64,000 bases of DNA from NCBI GenBank assembly GCA_022711495.1, contig JAKLEX010000001.1:291379-355378 (forward strand), read 5' to 3'. The stretch comes from Patescibacteria group bacterium (GTDB lineage Bacteria; Patescibacteriota; Minisyncoccia; Phycocordibacterales; JAACPR01). Below the pieces are notes generated by a model. That model saw only the letters and a program-made list of their open reading frames with translations. It was not told where the DNA came from and ran no database searches. The translations under genes were made by a program, and so were the position numbers. This document shows, in pieces, positions 45,556-56,302 of the stretch. Positions within the stretch are counted from its first letter, which is position 1, and each line of letters opens with the position of its first letter.

Positions 45556-46746
45556 ATGTCTAAAAAAAGAGCGGTATCAAAAAAGCAGCGAGTAGTAAAA
45601 AGAAAAAAATCTAAGAGAGTTTTAAATAAATCTAAAAAGAACTCCGCATCAGCCGCAAAGAAAACTTCTCCTATTTCTAAAAAAGATAAGGAAGTGCGCA
45701 TCGCCGGTTTGTTGGATAAGGGCAAGGAGAGGGGGTTTGTTACTTACGATGAGATTCTAAAACATTTTCCAACTATAGAAACCGACGTTCCCTTACTGAC
45801 TGCCTTGTACGAAAAATTTGAGACAGCCGGCATTGATATTTTAGAAGGGGGCGGCTTTTTAGAGATGAAAGAAGAGGATGAAACTAAAAAATACATGGCT
45901 GGGAAATCTCCCTCGCAGTTTGATTCAATTCAGATGTATTTGAAAGAAATCGGACAATTTCCGCTCATTTTGGCCCATGAAGAAAAAGAATTGGCCAAAA
46001 GAATTGAAACCGGAGATAATGATGCTAAGACGCTTCTAGCCCGAGCCAACCTTCGTCTGGTCGTTTCTATTGCTAAAAAATACGTCGGCCGAAGTCCTGA
46101 TTTAACTCTGCTTGATTTGATTCAAGAGGGGAATATCGGCTTATTTAAGGCCGTGGATAAGTTTGATTGGACTAAAGGCTACAAGTTTTCTACATATGCT
46201 ACCTGGTGGATTCGTCAAGCCATTACCAGGGCCCTGGCCGATCAGTCCAGAACGATCCGCGTGCCGGTGCACATGGTTGAAACTATAGCCAAATATAAAC
46301 AAGTTTTTCGTAGACTGTCGCAAGACCTTGGTCGCGAACCTTTGCCAAGCGAAATTTCCATAGAAATGAGCTTAGAGTTGGAGAAAATTTACACGATTGA
46401 AAAGATAGACCAAAGCACCGTCTCACTGGAAAATCCCGTCGGTGACGAAGGCGATGAAAAATCAACCCTGGGAGATTTCATTCCAGATGAAAATATTTCT
46501 TCTCCGGATCAGGATTCGTCTCATAGAATTCTGCGAGATCAGGTTTTAGAAATTCTCAACGATTTATCCGAAAAAGAAAGAAAAATTTTAGAATTGCGGC
46601 ACGGTCTTATAGACGGCGTACAACACACCCTTGAAGAAGTCGGCAAAAAGTTCGGCGTTACTCGTGAAAGAATTCGACAGATTGAATCAAAGGCGCACGA
46701 AAAGATCCGACAGCACAGCGCTTCTGACAAACTTAAAAATTATTGA
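45556..46746 (+). CDS. rpoD: RNA polymerase sigma factor RpoD (sigma70 family)
   Basis: Region 2 [36 protein letters not shown]. Region 4 [20 protein letters not shown] lysine-rich N-terminus is present. dnaG-rpoD arrangement. Confidence 0.9.
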   Translation: MSKKRAVSKKQRVVKRKKSKRVLNKSKKNSASAAKKTSPISKKDKEVRIAGLLDKGKERGFVTYDEILKHFPTIETDVPLLTALYEKFETAGIDILEGGGFLEMKEEDETKKYMAGKSPSQFDSIQMYLKEIGQFPLILAHEEKELAKRIETGDNDAKTLLARANLRLVVSIAKKYVGRSPDLTLLDLIQEGNIGLFKAVDKFDWTKGYKFSTYATWWIRQAITRALADQSRTIRVPVHMVETIAKYKQVFRRLSQDLGREPLPSEISIEMSLELEKIYTIEKIDQSTVSLENPVGDEGDEKSTLGDFIPDENISSPDQDSSHRILRDQVLEILNDLSEKERKILELRHGLIDGVQHTLEEVGKKFGVTRERIRQIESKAHEKIRQHSASDKLKNY

Positions 46747-47453
46747 GGAGTCTTATTTAAAAGCTGACTGACAATTTCCTTTAGATAGGAAAAATCTTGT
46801 GCGCCGATCATTTCTACTTGATCTCCACTTTGAGTGACAATAATAGTATATGGGGTTCCAAAATCAGAATCGTATTTGTATATTATTAACCCATCTTCAA
46901 TTGATTTTTTAATCTTATCTCTAAATTTTTGGTCGGCCAGACATTCGTCGTACTTTTCTTTCTCAATGGATAGGCTCATTGCGACATCTTCTAGGTCATC
47001 TTGAGTAAAAGATGCGGGCAGCTCCTGATTTACTTTTGAGACAAACTGCCAAAATTTTGGTTCTCCGCCGATGTCTGCGACACATTCGGCGGCAACGGCT
47101 GAAATCGTAGAGAGGGAGTTGTTATCTTGGAGCGCGTCTTCTCTAGGGAAATGCCTGTACACCCAGGCTAAATCTCCGTTTTTTCCGAATTCTTCTACTA
47201 ATTTTTCCATTGTTGAATGAAATTCCCGGCAGAATGAGCATTTAAAATCGGCGTATTCAATAAAAATAACTTCGGCTTCGGGATTACCCAGAATATGATC
47301 GTCATCTGTTACCGGACTTATGGCATATCTAATTTCCTCATCGCTGATTTTTTCCGGAAGAGGCGCGTTTTTTTGACCCAAAATTATTCCGCTGGCAACA
47401 ACAACTCCAATTAATATTAAAATTATTCCAAAAAATGTAGCGTTTCTGTTCAT
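46740..47453 (-). CDS. DsbA-like thiol:disulfide oxidoreductase with N-terminal TM anchor
   Basis: Thioredoxin fold with CSFC active site ([15 protein letters not shown]). An N-terminal hydrophobic segment is present. Confidence 0.75.
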   Translation of the reverse strand: MNRNATFFGIILILIGVVVASGIILGQKNAPLPEKISDEEIRYAISPVTDDDHILGNPEAEVIFIEYADFKCSFCREFHSTMEKLVEEFGKNGDLAWVYRHFPREDALQDNNSLSTISAVAAECVADIGGEPKFWQFVSKVNQELPASFTQDDLEDVAMSLSIEKEKYDECLADQKFRDKIKKSIEDGLIIYKYDSDFGTPYTIIVTQSGDQVEMIGAQDFSYLKEIVSQLLNKTPQ

Positions 47454-47491
47454 AGATTAACTGCCGGCAATTATAACATTCAAAGATTACT

Positions 47492-48073
47492 TTAAAAAAG
47501 CGACTTGGTTGATTTTGGCGTGTCAGTTGATTTTTTCCACTCCGAAGTGTCAATGGGGACCTCTATCACATTGTCGCTAAATTTATCTTTCACTAAAACC
47601 TTTTTATTTTTAAGAGCGTATTCAAATATTTCTTTTGTGATTAAGACATCCTCTTCGCAGTATTTCTTGATTTGATCAATTTTACCTTGTTTCCACCACT
47701 CTACGGCGTTAAGTCCTTCGGCGATTTTATTTCTGCCCAAGGTGCCAGCCGCCACGTTATCCAATTTGGGTCTACGACCAAGATTTTTCTTTATGCTGGC
47801 CATTAGATCCACCCCCTTAAAACGTGACAAATCGCCGGAATAGTATTTATTAAGCAAGGGAATATCAAAATGCTCCGAGTTATATCCGACGATTATATCC
47901 GCCCGTTCAAAAATCGGCCACATTTCATGGAAATCTTGCTCTAAAAAACTTTTAACAGTATCAGAATCCTTCTCATAAACAGAAACTACCGATATATCCA
48001 AATCTCTTGGATCGTTAGATTCAACTTCACTGAAGGTGTTTTTAGTTTCGACGTCAAAGACGATGTAATTCAT
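47492..48073 (-). CDS. DEDDh-family 3'-5' exonuclease (DnaQ-like)
   Basis: FDVET (Exo I) and YNSEHFDIPLL (Exo III with His) motifs. 193 aa. Confidence 0.7.
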   Translation of the reverse strand: MNYIVFDVETKNTFSEVESNDPRDLDISVVSVYEKDSDTVKSFLEQDFHEMWPIFERADIIVGYNSEHFDIPLLNKYYSGDLSRFKGVDLMASIKKNLGRRPKLDNVAAGTLGRNKIAEGLNAVEWWKQGKIDQIKKYCEEDVLITKEIFEYALKNKKVLVKDKFSDNVIEVPIDTSEWKKSTDTPKSTKSLF

Positions 48074-48088
48074 GAATAAATTAAGCGC

Positions 48089-49324
48089 TTAGCGTTCCGA
48101 AAGCGTTTTAGAGACAAAATCCGCGATCTGTTCCACAGGTAATTCTTTTTCTTTGCCTGATTTTAGATATTTAACTTTGAAAATATTTTTTCCGATTTCT
48201 TCATCACCCACACAGATGATAAAGGGTATGCCTTTTTTGTCGGCTCTTTTAATTTGCTCGCCGATTTTTTTGCCGTCGTAATTGACCAACGCGTCAATTC
48301 CGGCGACTCTTAATCTGTTGGCTAGGGAAGCGGCATAATCAAAAGCTAATTCATTAGTCGGGCAGATCGCAACATGGGCCGGACATAATCTATTTGGTAG
48401 AAGATTTCGTAGTTCCAAAGCTTCTCGGATTGTCACGTCTCCCATTCCAAAACCGGCTGTACCAATTTTTTCGCCACCAAACAGAGTCAGAAGATTGTCA
48501 TAACGACCGCCGCCAAAAAGAGAACGGCCATTGTCTTTGTTTGTGTCAAAAATTTCAAAGACAATTCCGGTGTAGTAATCAAACCCGCGAATTAACATCG
48601 GCTCGAAAACAACATTTGAAATTCCGCGAGCTTTTAGTTTTCTGGTTAATTCTTGAATCTTTTCGTTCGGCTGCAATATTTTCTCAAAACTTTGTCCAAC
48701 CAGCTCAATCATCTGTTCTTCAAAATCTTTCGTTTTGTCTTTTCGATCTAAGAGCTTTCTGACTAGAATTTTTTTATTTTCGTCCAATCCCAAACCAGCC
48801 AGAGCTTCCTCCAGAATTTTGCGATCGTTTATTTTTATAATGAAATCACCGTCTTTCAATCCGAAATTTCGCATTATCGCTGACGCGATTTCAATTAATT
48901 CGGCCTCGGCCTCAAGTCCGTCTAGGCCGAAAATGTCAACATTTAGTTGCCAGTGCTCTCGCAAGCGACCGCGTTGTGGTCTCTCATATCTGAAAACATT
49001 CGGTATTGAGTACCAGCGCAACGGAAAAGATAAGCTCTTTTGTTTTTTAGCTACCATTCTAGTTATGGTCGGAGTCATCTCCGGCCTCAAAGTGACTCGG
49101 CGGTCACCGCGATCTTTAAAAGTATAAGTCTGTTCAGAGACGATTTCGGCGCTAGTTTTGCCTTCGTAGATCTCCGATGGTTCCAGCACTGAAGCAGAGT
49201 AATGTTCATATCCGTAACTTTGCAAAACAGAATGCCAAACAGAATAGATATAATCTTGGATAAACATATCCTCCGGATAAAAATCTCTCACGCCCTTGTA
49301 ACTATCGGTTTTAAGATTATTCAT
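48089..49324 (-). CDS. hisS: histidyl-tRNA synthetase
   Basis: Class II motifs RWYSIPNVFRYERPQRGRLREHWQ and GGGRYD. A C-terminal anticodon-binding domain is present. Confidence 0.9.
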   Translation of the reverse strand: MNNLKTDSYKGVRDFYPEDMFIQDYIYSVWHSVLQSYGYEHYSASVLEPSEIYEGKTSAEIVSEQTYTFKDRGDRRVTLRPEMTPTITRMVAKKQKSLSFPLRWYSIPNVFRYERPQRGRLREHWQLNVDIFGLDGLEAEAELIEIASAIMRNFGLKDGDFIIKINDRKILEEALAGLGLDENKKILVRKLLDRKDKTKDFEEQMIELVGQSFEKILQPNEKIQELTRKLKARGISNVVFEPMLIRGFDYYTGIVFEIFDTNKDNGRSLFGGGRYDNLLTLFGGEKIGTAGFGMGDVTIREALELRNLLPNRLCPAHVAICPTNELAFDYAASLANRLRVAGIDALVNYDGKKIGEQIKRADKKGIPFIICVGDEEIGKNIFKVKYLKSGKEKELPVEQIADFVSKTLSER

Positions 49325-49356
49325 GACCTACCAATTTTAGCAAAAAATCATTTTTA

Positions 49357-49608
49357 TTGCTAAAATTCTATCTGATGGTCGGTAAAGACAAGATTATAGA
49401 TCTACCAATCGCTCCAGAGTTTCTTTGGTTTATTTTAGCTTTTCTTATTATTCTTTTTATCGCGATTTATTTGATATTAATCTATCACTGGAAAAGTTAT
49501 GGCCTGGAACATAATCCCCGAATATTCGCCCGAACGATTTTTTGGATTATAGCCATAGTTTTGATTTTAATTATGGCTTTTTCTATAACTGGATTTGAAT
49601 ATTCATGA
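49357..49608 (+). CDS. small hypothetical membrane protein (2 TM)
   Basis: 83 aa and hydrophobic. Translationally coupled to the downstream bPH gene. Confidence 0.4.
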   Translation: MLKFYLMVGKDKIIDLPIAPEFLWFILAFLIILFIAIYLILIYHWKSYGLEHNPRIFARTIFWIIAIVLILIMAFSITGFEYS

Positions 49609-50144
49609 TCGTATTAGACAAAAACGAACATCTTGTTTTACAGATAAGGCAACATTGGTTTATCTTCTTTTCACAATTAATAGTTTTGCTTTTCTTGGCA
49701 TTACTGCCATTAATCGTTATTGAAATCATCAAATTATTACCGGTTGAAATAATTTCTTCTGGCCGAAGCATTTTGGCTCTGGTAATTTTCTTTTATTCTG
49801 CCTGGTTATTTATCCTTTGGATGGTGGGCTTTGTAATTTGGACAGACTATTACTTGGATATTTGGTTTGTCACGAATACCAAAGTTATTAATATTGAACA
49901 AAAAGGACTATTTCGAAGGGAAATTTCCGTTTTACACTTAGATAAGATCCAAGATGTCACCAGCGATGTTCGGGGCATGTTGAAAACTCTGATTGATTAT
50001 GGAAATATTTCTGTTCACACCGCCGGGCAAAAACTAGATTTTGTCATTAGAAATGTGCCTCAACCCGATATTATAAGAGAGAAACTTAGCGAGACCATAA
50101 AACTCTTTAGAGAAACTGCCGAAGAAACAGGCGACAATAGTTGA
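49605..50144 (+). CDS. bacterial PH-domain membrane protein (YdbS/YdbT-like, bPH_2/DUF304)
   Basis: Two transmembrane helices are followed by a PH-like domain (DYYLDIWFVTNTKVINIEQKGLFRREISVLHLDKIQDV). Confidence 0.6.
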   Translation: MIVLDKNEHLVLQIRQHWFIFFSQLIVLLFLALLPLIVIEIIKLLPVEIISSGRSILALVIFFYSAWLFILWMVGFVIWTDYYLDIWFVTNTKVINIEQKGLFRREISVLHLDKIQDVTSDVRGMLKTLIDYGNISVHTAGQKLDFVIRNVPQPDIIREKLSETIKLFRETAEETGDNS

Positions 50145-50161
50145 CGAAAATAAGTTGAGGT

Positions 50162-50851
50162 CTAATCTTCCAGCCGGATCGGGGCGCTTTTAATAATTTC
50201 AATAATCTTATCCTCATCGTCAGTGATTTCATACAAAGATAGGTCGCTTTCGCTTATCTTTTTATTCGCAAGCAAGTTTTTCCTTAAAAAGGCATCAAAA
50301 TTGTTCCAAAAATATGAACCGACGAGAATGACGGGAGCCGATGGAATTTTTTTGGTCTGCACCAATGTTAATATCTCAAACAACTCATCCAGAGTTCCAA
50401 ATCCACCGGGGAAGAAAACATAGGCCTCAGCAGAAAAGGATAGACAGACTTTTCGACTGAAAAAGTAATTAAATTCAAGGGCTTCTGTCAGAAATGAATT
50501 GGTTTTTTGCTCCTTAGGCAATTTAATGTTTAATCCTAGAGACCTTCCTCCGGCAGTGAAAGCGCCGCGGTTAGCCGCCTCCATAATACCCACTGAACCA
50601 CCGGTTAATACCGAATAGCCCAATTCTCGGCAGATTCGTCCGGCCAATTTTTCCGCCGTAATATAATCTTGATCAACAGAGGGAGTTCTAGCTGATCCGA
50701 AAAAAGTTACGCTTCGCGGATGATTTCTTATGAAGTCAAAACCGGCCTTAAATTCTTTCTCTATTTTATCAATCCGTTGATTAATATCCTGGCTAATTTC
50801 TTTAAAATTAATCAATTTATATTCTGGTTTTTTGGGCGTTTTATTCATCAT
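50162..50851 (-). CDS. LOG-family protein (TIGR00730; cytokinin riboside 5'-monophosphate phosphoribohydrolase-like)
   Basis: GGSVGIMEAANRGA and FPGGFGTLDELFE carry the PGGxGTxxE motif. Confidence 0.8.
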   Translation of the reverse strand: MMNKTPKKPEYKLINFKEISQDINQRIDKIEKEFKAGFDFIRNHPRSVTFFGSARTPSVDQDYITAEKLAGRICRELGYSVLTGGSVGIMEAANRGAFTAGGRSLGLNIKLPKEQKTNSFLTEALEFNYFFSRKVCLSFSAEAYVFFPGGFGTLDELFEILTLVQTKKIPSAPVILVGSYFWNNFDAFLRKNLLANKKISESDLSLYEITDDEDKIIEIIKSAPIRLED

Positions 50852-50950
50852 ATGAACAATATTCTAAACCAGAGAAGCGTCTTTGCAAAATCGCCATTCT
50901 CTTATATGCTTTCTTTTGTGTCGGCTATTGATTTCAAAATTATCAAAAAA

Positions 50951-52150
50951 ATGAAAGAGCCTAAGGCGTTGGGACGAGCCGGGGTTTTAAAAACCGCTCA
51001 CGGAAAAATTCAGACTCCGGCATTTGTGGCGGTAGGAACAAAGGCAACAATCAAATCTTTGACCCCAGAACAGGTCAAAGACCTTGGCGTAGAGGTGATT
51101 TTGGCCAATACTTATCATCTCCATTTACAACCGGGTGAAGATCGTATCGCTTGCGCTGGCGGACTCAACAAAATAATGGGCTGGAATGGTCCGACCATGA
51201 CAGACTCCGGCGGTTTTCAAGTTTTTTCTCTGGGGGCTGCTTTTGGTAAAAACATCACGAAAATAACCAAAAATCACGCCGAAGAAATTTTGCTTGAAGA
51301 TTTTACCGAGACAACTAGAAAAAACCGTGGCCCAATCGTGGAAAATTTTAAACCAGCCAAGGTTAAAGAGGATGGTGTTTATTTTAGATCTCATATTGAC
51401 GGTTCGGCCCATTATTTTTCTCCCGAGAAATCAATTGAGATACAAAATAAAATTGGGGCGGATATTATTTTCGCTTTTGATGAATGCACTTCGCCCAACG
51501 AATCAATTCATTATCAGAGAGAGTCTTTGGATCGAACTCATCGGTGGGCAAAAAAATCTTTGAAATATCATCGCGCTCAACCGATTTCAAAAAAGCAGGC
51601 GATTTTTGGTATCGTTCAGGGCGGTCGGCACGAGGAATTGCGTAAGAAGAGCGCCGAGGTTATTTCCAAAATGGATTTTGATGGTTTTGGTATCGGTGGC
51701 AGCTTTCAAAAAGTCGATATGTCAAACGCCGTCCGCTGGGTCAATGAGATTTTACCGGAAGAAAAACCAAGACATTTACTTGGTATTGGCGAACCGGAAG
51801 ATCTCTTCATGGCCGTGGAAAACGGTTGCGATTTATTTGATTGCGTGGCGCCGACCAGAATCGCTCGAACGGGGCAGGTCTATACTTCTTCAGGTAAGAT
51901 TAATTTGAATAACTCAGCCTTTCAGGAAGATTTATCGCCGATTGAAAAGACTTGCGGATGTTACACTTGCAAAAAATACACCCGGGCTTATTTGGCGCAT
52001 CTCTTCCGGGCTGACGAAATTTTAGCCGCGACCCTGGCTTCTATTCATAATTTGTATTTTATCGTCAACTTGGTCAAAAAGATGAGAAGGGCTATTTTGA
52101 ATAACACTTTCAGCAAACTTAAAAAAGAATTTCTGAAGAAATATAATTAG
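50951..52150 (+). CDS. tgt: queuine tRNA-ribosyltransferase (tRNA-guanine transglycosylase)
   Basis: AFVAVGTKATIK...LANTYHL...DSGGFQV and the zinc site CGCYTC...H. Start set at the MKEPKALGRAG codon because the upstream part of the ORF overlaps the LOG gene. Confidence 0.85.
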   Translation: MKEPKALGRAGVLKTAHGKIQTPAFVAVGTKATIKSLTPEQVKDLGVEVILANTYHLHLQPGEDRIACAGGLNKIMGWNGPTMTDSGGFQVFSLGAAFGKNITKITKNHAEEILLEDFTETTRKNRGPIVENFKPAKVKEDGVYFRSHIDGSAHYFSPEKSIEIQNKIGADIIFAFDECTSPNESIHYQRESLDRTHRWAKKSLKYHRAQPISKKQAIFGIVQGGRHEELRKKSAEVISKMDFDGFGIGGSFQKVDMSNAVRWVNEILPEEKPRHLLGIGEPEDLFMAVENGCDLFDCVAPTRIARTGQVYTSSGKINLNNSAFQEDLSPIEKTCGCYTCKKYTRAYLAHLFRADEILAATLASIHNLYFIVNLVKKMRRAILNNTFSKLKKEFLKKYN

Positions 52151-52202
52151 TCCGCTTAAACGAATTTAACTCTTGGGTTTTGGTGTGTTAAAATTTATTC
52201 CA

Positions 52203-53168
52203 ATGAGAAGAAAAATCATAGTTCTCCGAGGTGGGCCGTCCAGCGAATACGAGGTTTCAATGAAAACTGGGCGGGCAGTTATTGACGAGCTATCAAAAAA
52301 GCACGAAATTTTGGACGTTGTCATTGACAAACAGGGCAAATGGATTTCGCGCGGTCGAGAAGTTCGACCGGAGATCATCTGTCAAAACTGCGATTTGGTT
52401 TTCAACGCTTTGCATGGCGAATTCGGCGAAGATGGGCAGGTTCAAAAAATTCTGGAAACTACCGGCGTCTGTTTCACCGGCCCGCAAAAATTGGCCGCGG
52501 CCCTTTCCATGAACAAAGCACAAACCAAAGACATTTATAAAAAGTTTGGAATTAAAACCCCATATTATAAGGTAGTTAACAGAGAAGACGGCGATATAGA
52601 TAAATTGGCAACTGATATTTTTAGAACTTTTCCGATGCCAGTAATTATTAAGCCGGTTAACCTCGGATCTTCGGTGGGAATCTCTATTGCTCGTGATTAC
52701 AAATCTTTGAAGGAGACTTTAACAAGTTTGTTTATTCGATACGATAAATTACTGGTAGAAGAATATATAAAAGGCAAGGAAGCCACCGTCGCGGTTGTTG
52801 AGAGCTTTAGAAATAAAGATTTCTACTCTCTTTTCCCGGTAGAAATCCGCATACCATCAAGTTCGGAGTTTTTTGATTACAACGCGAAATACTCTGGTGA
52901 AACGCAGGAAATTTGCCCCGGCAATTTTAGCGCCAAAGAAAGTGAAATTATGCAGGATCTCGCCATTAAAGCTCACCAGGCCCTTGGATTACGACACTAC
53001 TCGCGAACTGATTTCATTATTTCTCCGACCCGCGGAGTATATGTTATTGAAACAAACTCGTTGCCAGGCCTAACGAATGAATCTCTTTTGCCAAAGTCTT
53101 TGTTAGCAATTGGTTCAAATTACGGAGAGTTTCTCCAACATATAGTGGAATTGGCGATCGACAAATAA
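52203..53168 (+). CDS. ddl: D-alanine--D-alanine ligase
   Basis: N-terminal IIVLRGGPSSEYEVS. ATP-grasp fold. Start at the MRRKII codon. Confidence 0.85.
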   Translation: MRRKIIVLRGGPSSEYEVSMKTGRAVIDELSKKHEILDVVIDKQGKWISRGREVRPEIICQNCDLVFNALHGEFGEDGQVQKILETTGVCFTGPQKLAAALSMNKAQTKDIYKKFGIKTPYYKVVNREDGDIDKLATDIFRTFPMPVIIKPVNLGSSVGISIARDYKSLKETLTSLFIRYDKLLVEEYIKGKEATVAVVESFRNKDFYSLFPVEIRIPSSSEFFDYNAKYSGETQEICPGNFSAKESEIMQDLAIKAHQALGLRHYSRTDFIISPTRGVYVIETNSLPGLTNESLLPKSLLAIGSNYGEFLQHIVELAIDK

Positions 53169-53170
53169 TT

Positions 53171-53246
53171 TGGTGGACCGGACAGGACTTGAACCCGCTA
53201 CCTCCTCAGTGCAAATGAGGCGCTCTACCAGCTGAGCTACCGGCCC
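53171..53246 (-). tRNA. tRNA-Ala (anticodon TGC)
   Basis: The reverse complement is GGGCCGGTAGCTCAGCTGGTAGAGCGCCTCATTTGCACTGAGG...GGTTCAAGTCC...CCGGTCCACCA. The G3:U70 alanine identity pair is present. The anticodon is TGC. CCA is encoded. Confidence 0.85.
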
Positions 53247-53323
53247 ATTTCAAGCTCCACGATTATATCCATAATACATTAAAAAATCTAGTCTGGTCGT
53301 AATGTTGTGATACAATTCCATTT

Positions 53324-53644
53324 ATGTTAATTATCAGAATCATTTTTGTCTTACTGATCTTTGCCCTTGGCCTGCTTTTCAGTTTTCAAAACATTGCTCC
53401 GGCGCAAATCGTTTTTTTGGCTTGGAACTTCCAAAGTCCAACTTGGTTGGTCATCGCTGTGTCATTTTTTCTTGGGTTTATTATTCCGCTTGGAATATTG
53501 CTGCCGATGGTTTTAGTTCGCAACTTAAAAATAAGAAAACTTGAGAAAGAAAAAGCCGTGGCTGAAAAAAGATTAAATGATTCCGGTTTGTTGTTTGAAT
53601 CTCCGGGGCTTGGAACAGAAGGCGAGAAATACAAGAACAGTTAA
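53324..53644 (+). CDS. LapA-like inner membrane protein (DUF1049)
   Basis: 106 aa. Two transmembrane helices are followed by a charged coiled segment (KIRKLEKEKAVAEKRL). Confidence 0.5.
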   Translation: MLIIRIIFVLLIFALGLLFSFQNIAPAQIVFLAWNFQSPTWLVIAVSFFLGFIIPLGILLPMVLVRNLKIRKLEKEKAVAEKRLNDSGLLFESPGLGTEGEKYKNS

Positions 53645-53669
53645 TTTTAATAGACGTAACCCAAACAAA

Positions 53670-53888
53670 ATGAATTTCTTAATGAAAGCTCTATTAAAAA
53701 GACAGTTAAAAAATATTCCTTCCGATCAGCAGGACAAAATTATTGCCGCTCTTGAAAAGGATCCGCATTTTTTTCAAGATTTGGCTAAACAAATACAAGA
53801 CAAAGTTAAAGAAGGAAGGGATCAACAAGCCGCCGCCTCGGAAGTACTGTTGGCGAATCAACACAAATTATCTGAGATTTTTAAATAA
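53670..53888 (+). CDS. small hypothetical protein (72 aa)
   Basis: ORF from the ATG at 53670. Charged and helical. No recognisable domain. Confidence 0.35.
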   Translation: MNFLMKALLKRQLKNIPSDQQDKIIAALEKDPHFFQDLAKQIQDKVKEGRDQQAAASEVLLANQHKLSEIFK

Positions 53889-53952
53889 AATCGCGTTTTT
53901 GCGACTTTTACACAGCCTTTCATGGGGTTCTAGCGCGACTTGAACCTATATA

Positions 53953-53961
53953 TGGTATAAT
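53953..53961 (+). promoter_or_regulatory. extended -10 promoter element TGgTATAAT upstream of the major pilin gene
   Basis: tggtataat lies at 53953-53961, about 40 nt upstream of the ATG at 54002. The upstream TTGAAC is only 10 nt away and so is not a usable -35. Confidence 0.4.
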
Positions 53962-54001
53962 TTCGTCATTAAAAGTTAAGTTATTTTTACGGATTAAAAT
54001 T

Positions 54002-54544
54002 ATGAATCAATTAAGAAAAGAGAGAGGTTTCACTTTATTGGAAATGCTTTTGGTTATAGCCATCATCGCCATCTTGGCAGCCATCGTCATCGTGGCTATC
54101 AACCCGGCTAAACAACTGGGCGATGCTAACAACGCTCAAAGACAATCAGATGTTTTGGCAATCTTAAACGCCGTTCACCAGTATTCCATTGACAATGAGG
54201 GCGATATCAGTGGTTTAGGCATTGTGAGCATTGCTGCCGCAGCTGATGAATGCGAAACCAGCGCCGATGCCACCAGCTATATTTGTCTCTACGATGCCGA
54301 TTGTGTTGACGGAACTGATTTAGATGATTTAATCGGTGACGATGACGAAGCGAGTTATTTGACTGATATTCCGATGGACCCTCTAGCCACTTCATCAGAT
54401 GAATTTGATACTTTCGGGTTTGATGACGAAGACCATAATGGATACATTATTCTACAAGATGACGATAACGGTCGTATTACTGTCTGTGCCCCACTTACAG
54501 AAAATCAGGATATAGGTGAAGAAATTATTACTGTAACTAGATAA
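54002..54544 (+). CDS. pilA: type IV pilin (candidate major pilin)
   Basis: MNQLRKERG|FTLLEMLLVIAIIAILAAIVIVAINP is a class III prepilin signal with Glu5. It is the first gene of the pilus operon. The C-terminus is acidic. Confidence 0.8.
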   Translation: MNQLRKERGFTLLEMLLVIAIIAILAAIVIVAINPAKQLGDANNAQRQSDVLAILNAVHQYSIDNEGDISGLGIVSIAAAADECETSADATSYICLYDADCVDGTDLDDLIGDDDEASYLTDIPMDPLATSSDEFDTFGFDDEDHNGYIILQDDDNGRITVCAPLTENQDIGEEIITVTR

Positions 54545-54618
54545 AGACAGAGTATTATTGGTTGAACGAGCGACGAACTTCTGCTGTGGGCAGATTGGGA
54601 ACCTTAACAAAGAACTTA

Positions 54619-56295
54619 ATGTCAGAGGAACAAATCAAACAAGCGTTAATAAACGGCAAAAAAATCACGCCGGATAATTTTGAAAAAGCTGCCGCGGCCG
54701 CCCAGAAAGAAAATATCTCTCTGGAAAAGGCACTGATAAAAGGTGGCTTTCTGACCGAACAAATTCTTGGCGCCACGTTGGCTGAACTAATCGGGTTTCC
54801 TTACATTGATCTTGATCACGAAAGCATCCAAGACAGTTATCTAACTTATCTGCCTGAAGAAGTCGCTACTGCCCAACAAGCCTTGATTTTCAACGAATCC
54901 TCTGATTCATTCAAAATCGCCACGACAAATCCCAATAACTTTAAATTGATTAAGGATTTGGAAAAAGTCGTCGGTAAAAAAGCCGAAGTTTTCTTTGCCA
55001 CCAAGACAGCCATTGAAAAATTTCTCCTATTCTACAAAAATAACTTGCCACAAGATTTCCGGGAGTTCGTTGAAGAATTCAAAAAAAGTGGAGACGAAAA
55101 CATCATCGTAAAAATGGTTGATCGCCTAGTTGACTACGCTTATGAAAATAAGGCCTCGGACATTCACATTGAGCCGAGCACCAAAGACGTTGGAGTTCGG
55201 GTTCGTGTTGATGGTTTGCTTCGTCGCGTCGCATCTTATCCGCTTGATCTCCATCCTAAAATAGTCTTTCTCATCAAAATCTTGTCTCACTTGAAAACTG
55301 ATGAACACGGTATGACACAGGACGGACGATTCGATCGCGTCTCAAAAAACGAAAAGTTTGATATTCGTGTTTCAATTTTGCCGGTAACCAACGGCGAAAA
55401 TATCGTTATGCGTATTCTGGCGGAAAAATCTCGTCGCCTGTCTCTTGAAGAACTTGGTCTGATGCCGGAAGAGCTAAGAAAATTAAAAGAGATGATTGCT
55501 CGACCTTACGGAATGATTATCGCCACTGGAGCAACTGGTTCCGGAAAGACCACAACTTTGTACGCAATTTTGCAATTAGTTGATAAGAAAAAGTTAAATG
55601 TCGTCACTATTGAGGATCCGGTGGAATACGCCATGGAAGGCATTCAACAAATTCAGGTTAACGAAAAGAAAAACTTAACTTTCGCCAATGGTTTGCGTTC
55701 CATCGTCAGACAGGACCCGGACATGATCATGGTCGGAGAAATTCGTGACGCCGAGACAGCCTCCATCGCCATAAACGCCGCTCTTACCGGCCACGTCCTG
55801 TTTTCCACTCTCCACGCCAACGATACCGCCACGGTTTTCTCTCGTCTGACCGAATTGGAAATTGATCAAACTCTTATCGCCACGTCTCTAAGTTTGATTA
55901 TCGCCCAAAGATTGGTTCGTCGAGTTTGTCCGTATTGTAAAGTAGCTCACAAACCAACATCGGCGGAGATGGCTTATCTTAAAGCCAATAAGCATGTTGA
56001 GGCGATTATCAAAGAAAGCCCTGACGGCAAAAAACGGAATCTTGATGATATAAATTTCTACGAGGGCACGGGTTGTTCAATGTGCGGTAATACCGGCTTT
56101 TTAGGTCGCGTTGGTATTTTTGAAGTCATGATGCTCGACGATGAAATAAGGTCATTGGTTGTCAAAAACTCTCTAGCCCAAGATATCAAAAAATTGTCAA
56201 TTCAAAAGGGGATGAAGCCCATGGAATATTGGGAGGCTTACCATTTGATAAACGGTACGACGACTCTTAATGAATTATTAAATCCAATTGCATAA
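54619..56295 (+). CDS. pilB: type IV pilus assembly ATPase PilB/GspE family
   Basis: Walker A GATGSGKTT. Asp box. His box. The C-terminal tetracysteine CPYC...CSMCG is present. The start could alternatively be the TTG at 54562. Confidence 0.85.
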   Translation: MSEEQIKQALINGKKITPDNFEKAAAAAQKENISLEKALIKGGFLTEQILGATLAELIGFPYIDLDHESIQDSYLTYLPEEVATAQQALIFNESSDSFKIATTNPNNFKLIKDLEKVVGKKAEVFFATKTAIEKFLLFYKNNLPQDFREFVEEFKKSGDENIIVKMVDRLVDYAYENKASDIHIEPSTKDVGVRVRVDGLLRRVASYPLDLHPKIVFLIKILSHLKTDEHGMTQDGRFDRVSKNEKFDIRVSILPVTNGENIVMRILAEKSRRLSLEELGLMPEELRKLKEMIARPYGMIIATGATGSGKTTTLYAILQLVDKKKLNVVTIEDPVEYAMEGIQQIQVNEKKNLTFANGLRSIVRQDPDMIMVGEIRDAETASIAINAALTGHVLFSTLHANDTATVFSRLTELEIDQTLIATSLSLIIAQRLVRRVCPYCKVAHKPTSAEMAYLKANKHVEAIIKESPDGKKRNLDDINFYEGTGCSMCGNTGFLGRVGIFEVMMLDDEIRSLVVKNSLAQDIKKLSIQKGMKPMEYWEAYHLINGTTTLNELLNPIA

Positions 56296-56302
56296 TTTTA
56301 TG

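Noticed and set aside
50720-50950. Long N-terminal extension of the tgt ORF overlapping the LOG gene
   Set aside because: The extension is hydrophobic and low-complexity and overlaps the divergent LOG coding region. Alignment to TGT begins at MKEPKALGRAG.
53940-53961. TTGAAC plus TATAAT as a full sigma70 promoter for the pilin gene
   Set aside because: The spacer between the hexamers is only 10 nt. Only the extended -10 (TGgTATAAT) is credible.
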